Assembly (NCBI GenBank): GCA_040256005.1
Contig: JBDZWC010000043.1
Location: forward strand, 1-20,839
Length of the DNA: 20,839 bases
Source: Deinococcaceae bacterium
GTDB lineage: Bacteria; Deinococcota; Deinococci; Deinococcales; Trueperaceae
Direction: 5' to 3'
The notes beneath the pieces were generated by a model. That model saw nothing but the letters and a program-made list of their open reading frames with translations. It was not told where the DNA came from and did not search any database. Below are positions 20,711-20,839 of the stretch, in pieces. The translations under genes were made by a program, and so were the position numbers. Positions within the stretch are counted from its first letter, which is position 1, and the number at the start of each line of letters is the position of its first letter.

Positions 20711-20716
20711 AGTCTA
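20711..20716 (-). promoter_or_regulatory. -10 element (TAGACT) of leaderless fba
   Basis: The minus strand reads TAGACT-TCCTGC-ATG. Confidence 0.7.
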
Positions 20717-20839
20717 GCCCCCGCCGCCGCCTCTGCTGGGGGCTGGCGGCGCCGCCCTGCCGCTGAGGTAGCCCGACAGCGCGGCGGCGGGCAGGCCGAC
20801 CAGCAACGAGGCCGGCTCGGCAGGCTGGACCACGACGAG
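20714..20839 (-). CDS. 3' end of an unidentified, possibly membrane, protein (partial)
   Basis: Open frame LVVVQPAEPASLLVGLPAAALSGYLSGRAAPPAPSRGGGGG* with GC-rich third codon positions. Confidence 0.5.
   Translation of the reverse strand, partial: LVVVQPAEPASLLVGLPAAALSGYLSGRAAPPAPSRGGGGG

Overview
High-GC bacterial chromosomal window, probably Deinococcota (Trueperaceae-like; inferred from protein features and many leaderless-type TAnnnT boxes just before start codons). Housekeeping genes: arginase (partial, -), tyrS (+), pfkA (-), three-gene transhydrogenase pntAA-pntAB-pntB (+), clpB (+, with an HspR/HAIR operator and a likely internal start), xth-sulP (-), a TPR protein (+), an NFACT/RqcH protein (+), class II fba (-) and the 3' end of an unknown gene (-). 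Between clpB and sulP (about 8.7-14.0 kb) is an accessory block of three tandem paralogous ~525-545 aa acidic, nearly Lys-free, beta-rich lipoproteins. It also holds an unannotated collapsed remnant of a fourth copy and a duplicated promoter with a conserved 18-bp motif at the same distance from two start codons. An 84-bp patch of atypical synonymous codons lies in a highly conserved part of clpB. No rRNA, tRNA, CRISPR array, transposase or integrase was seen.
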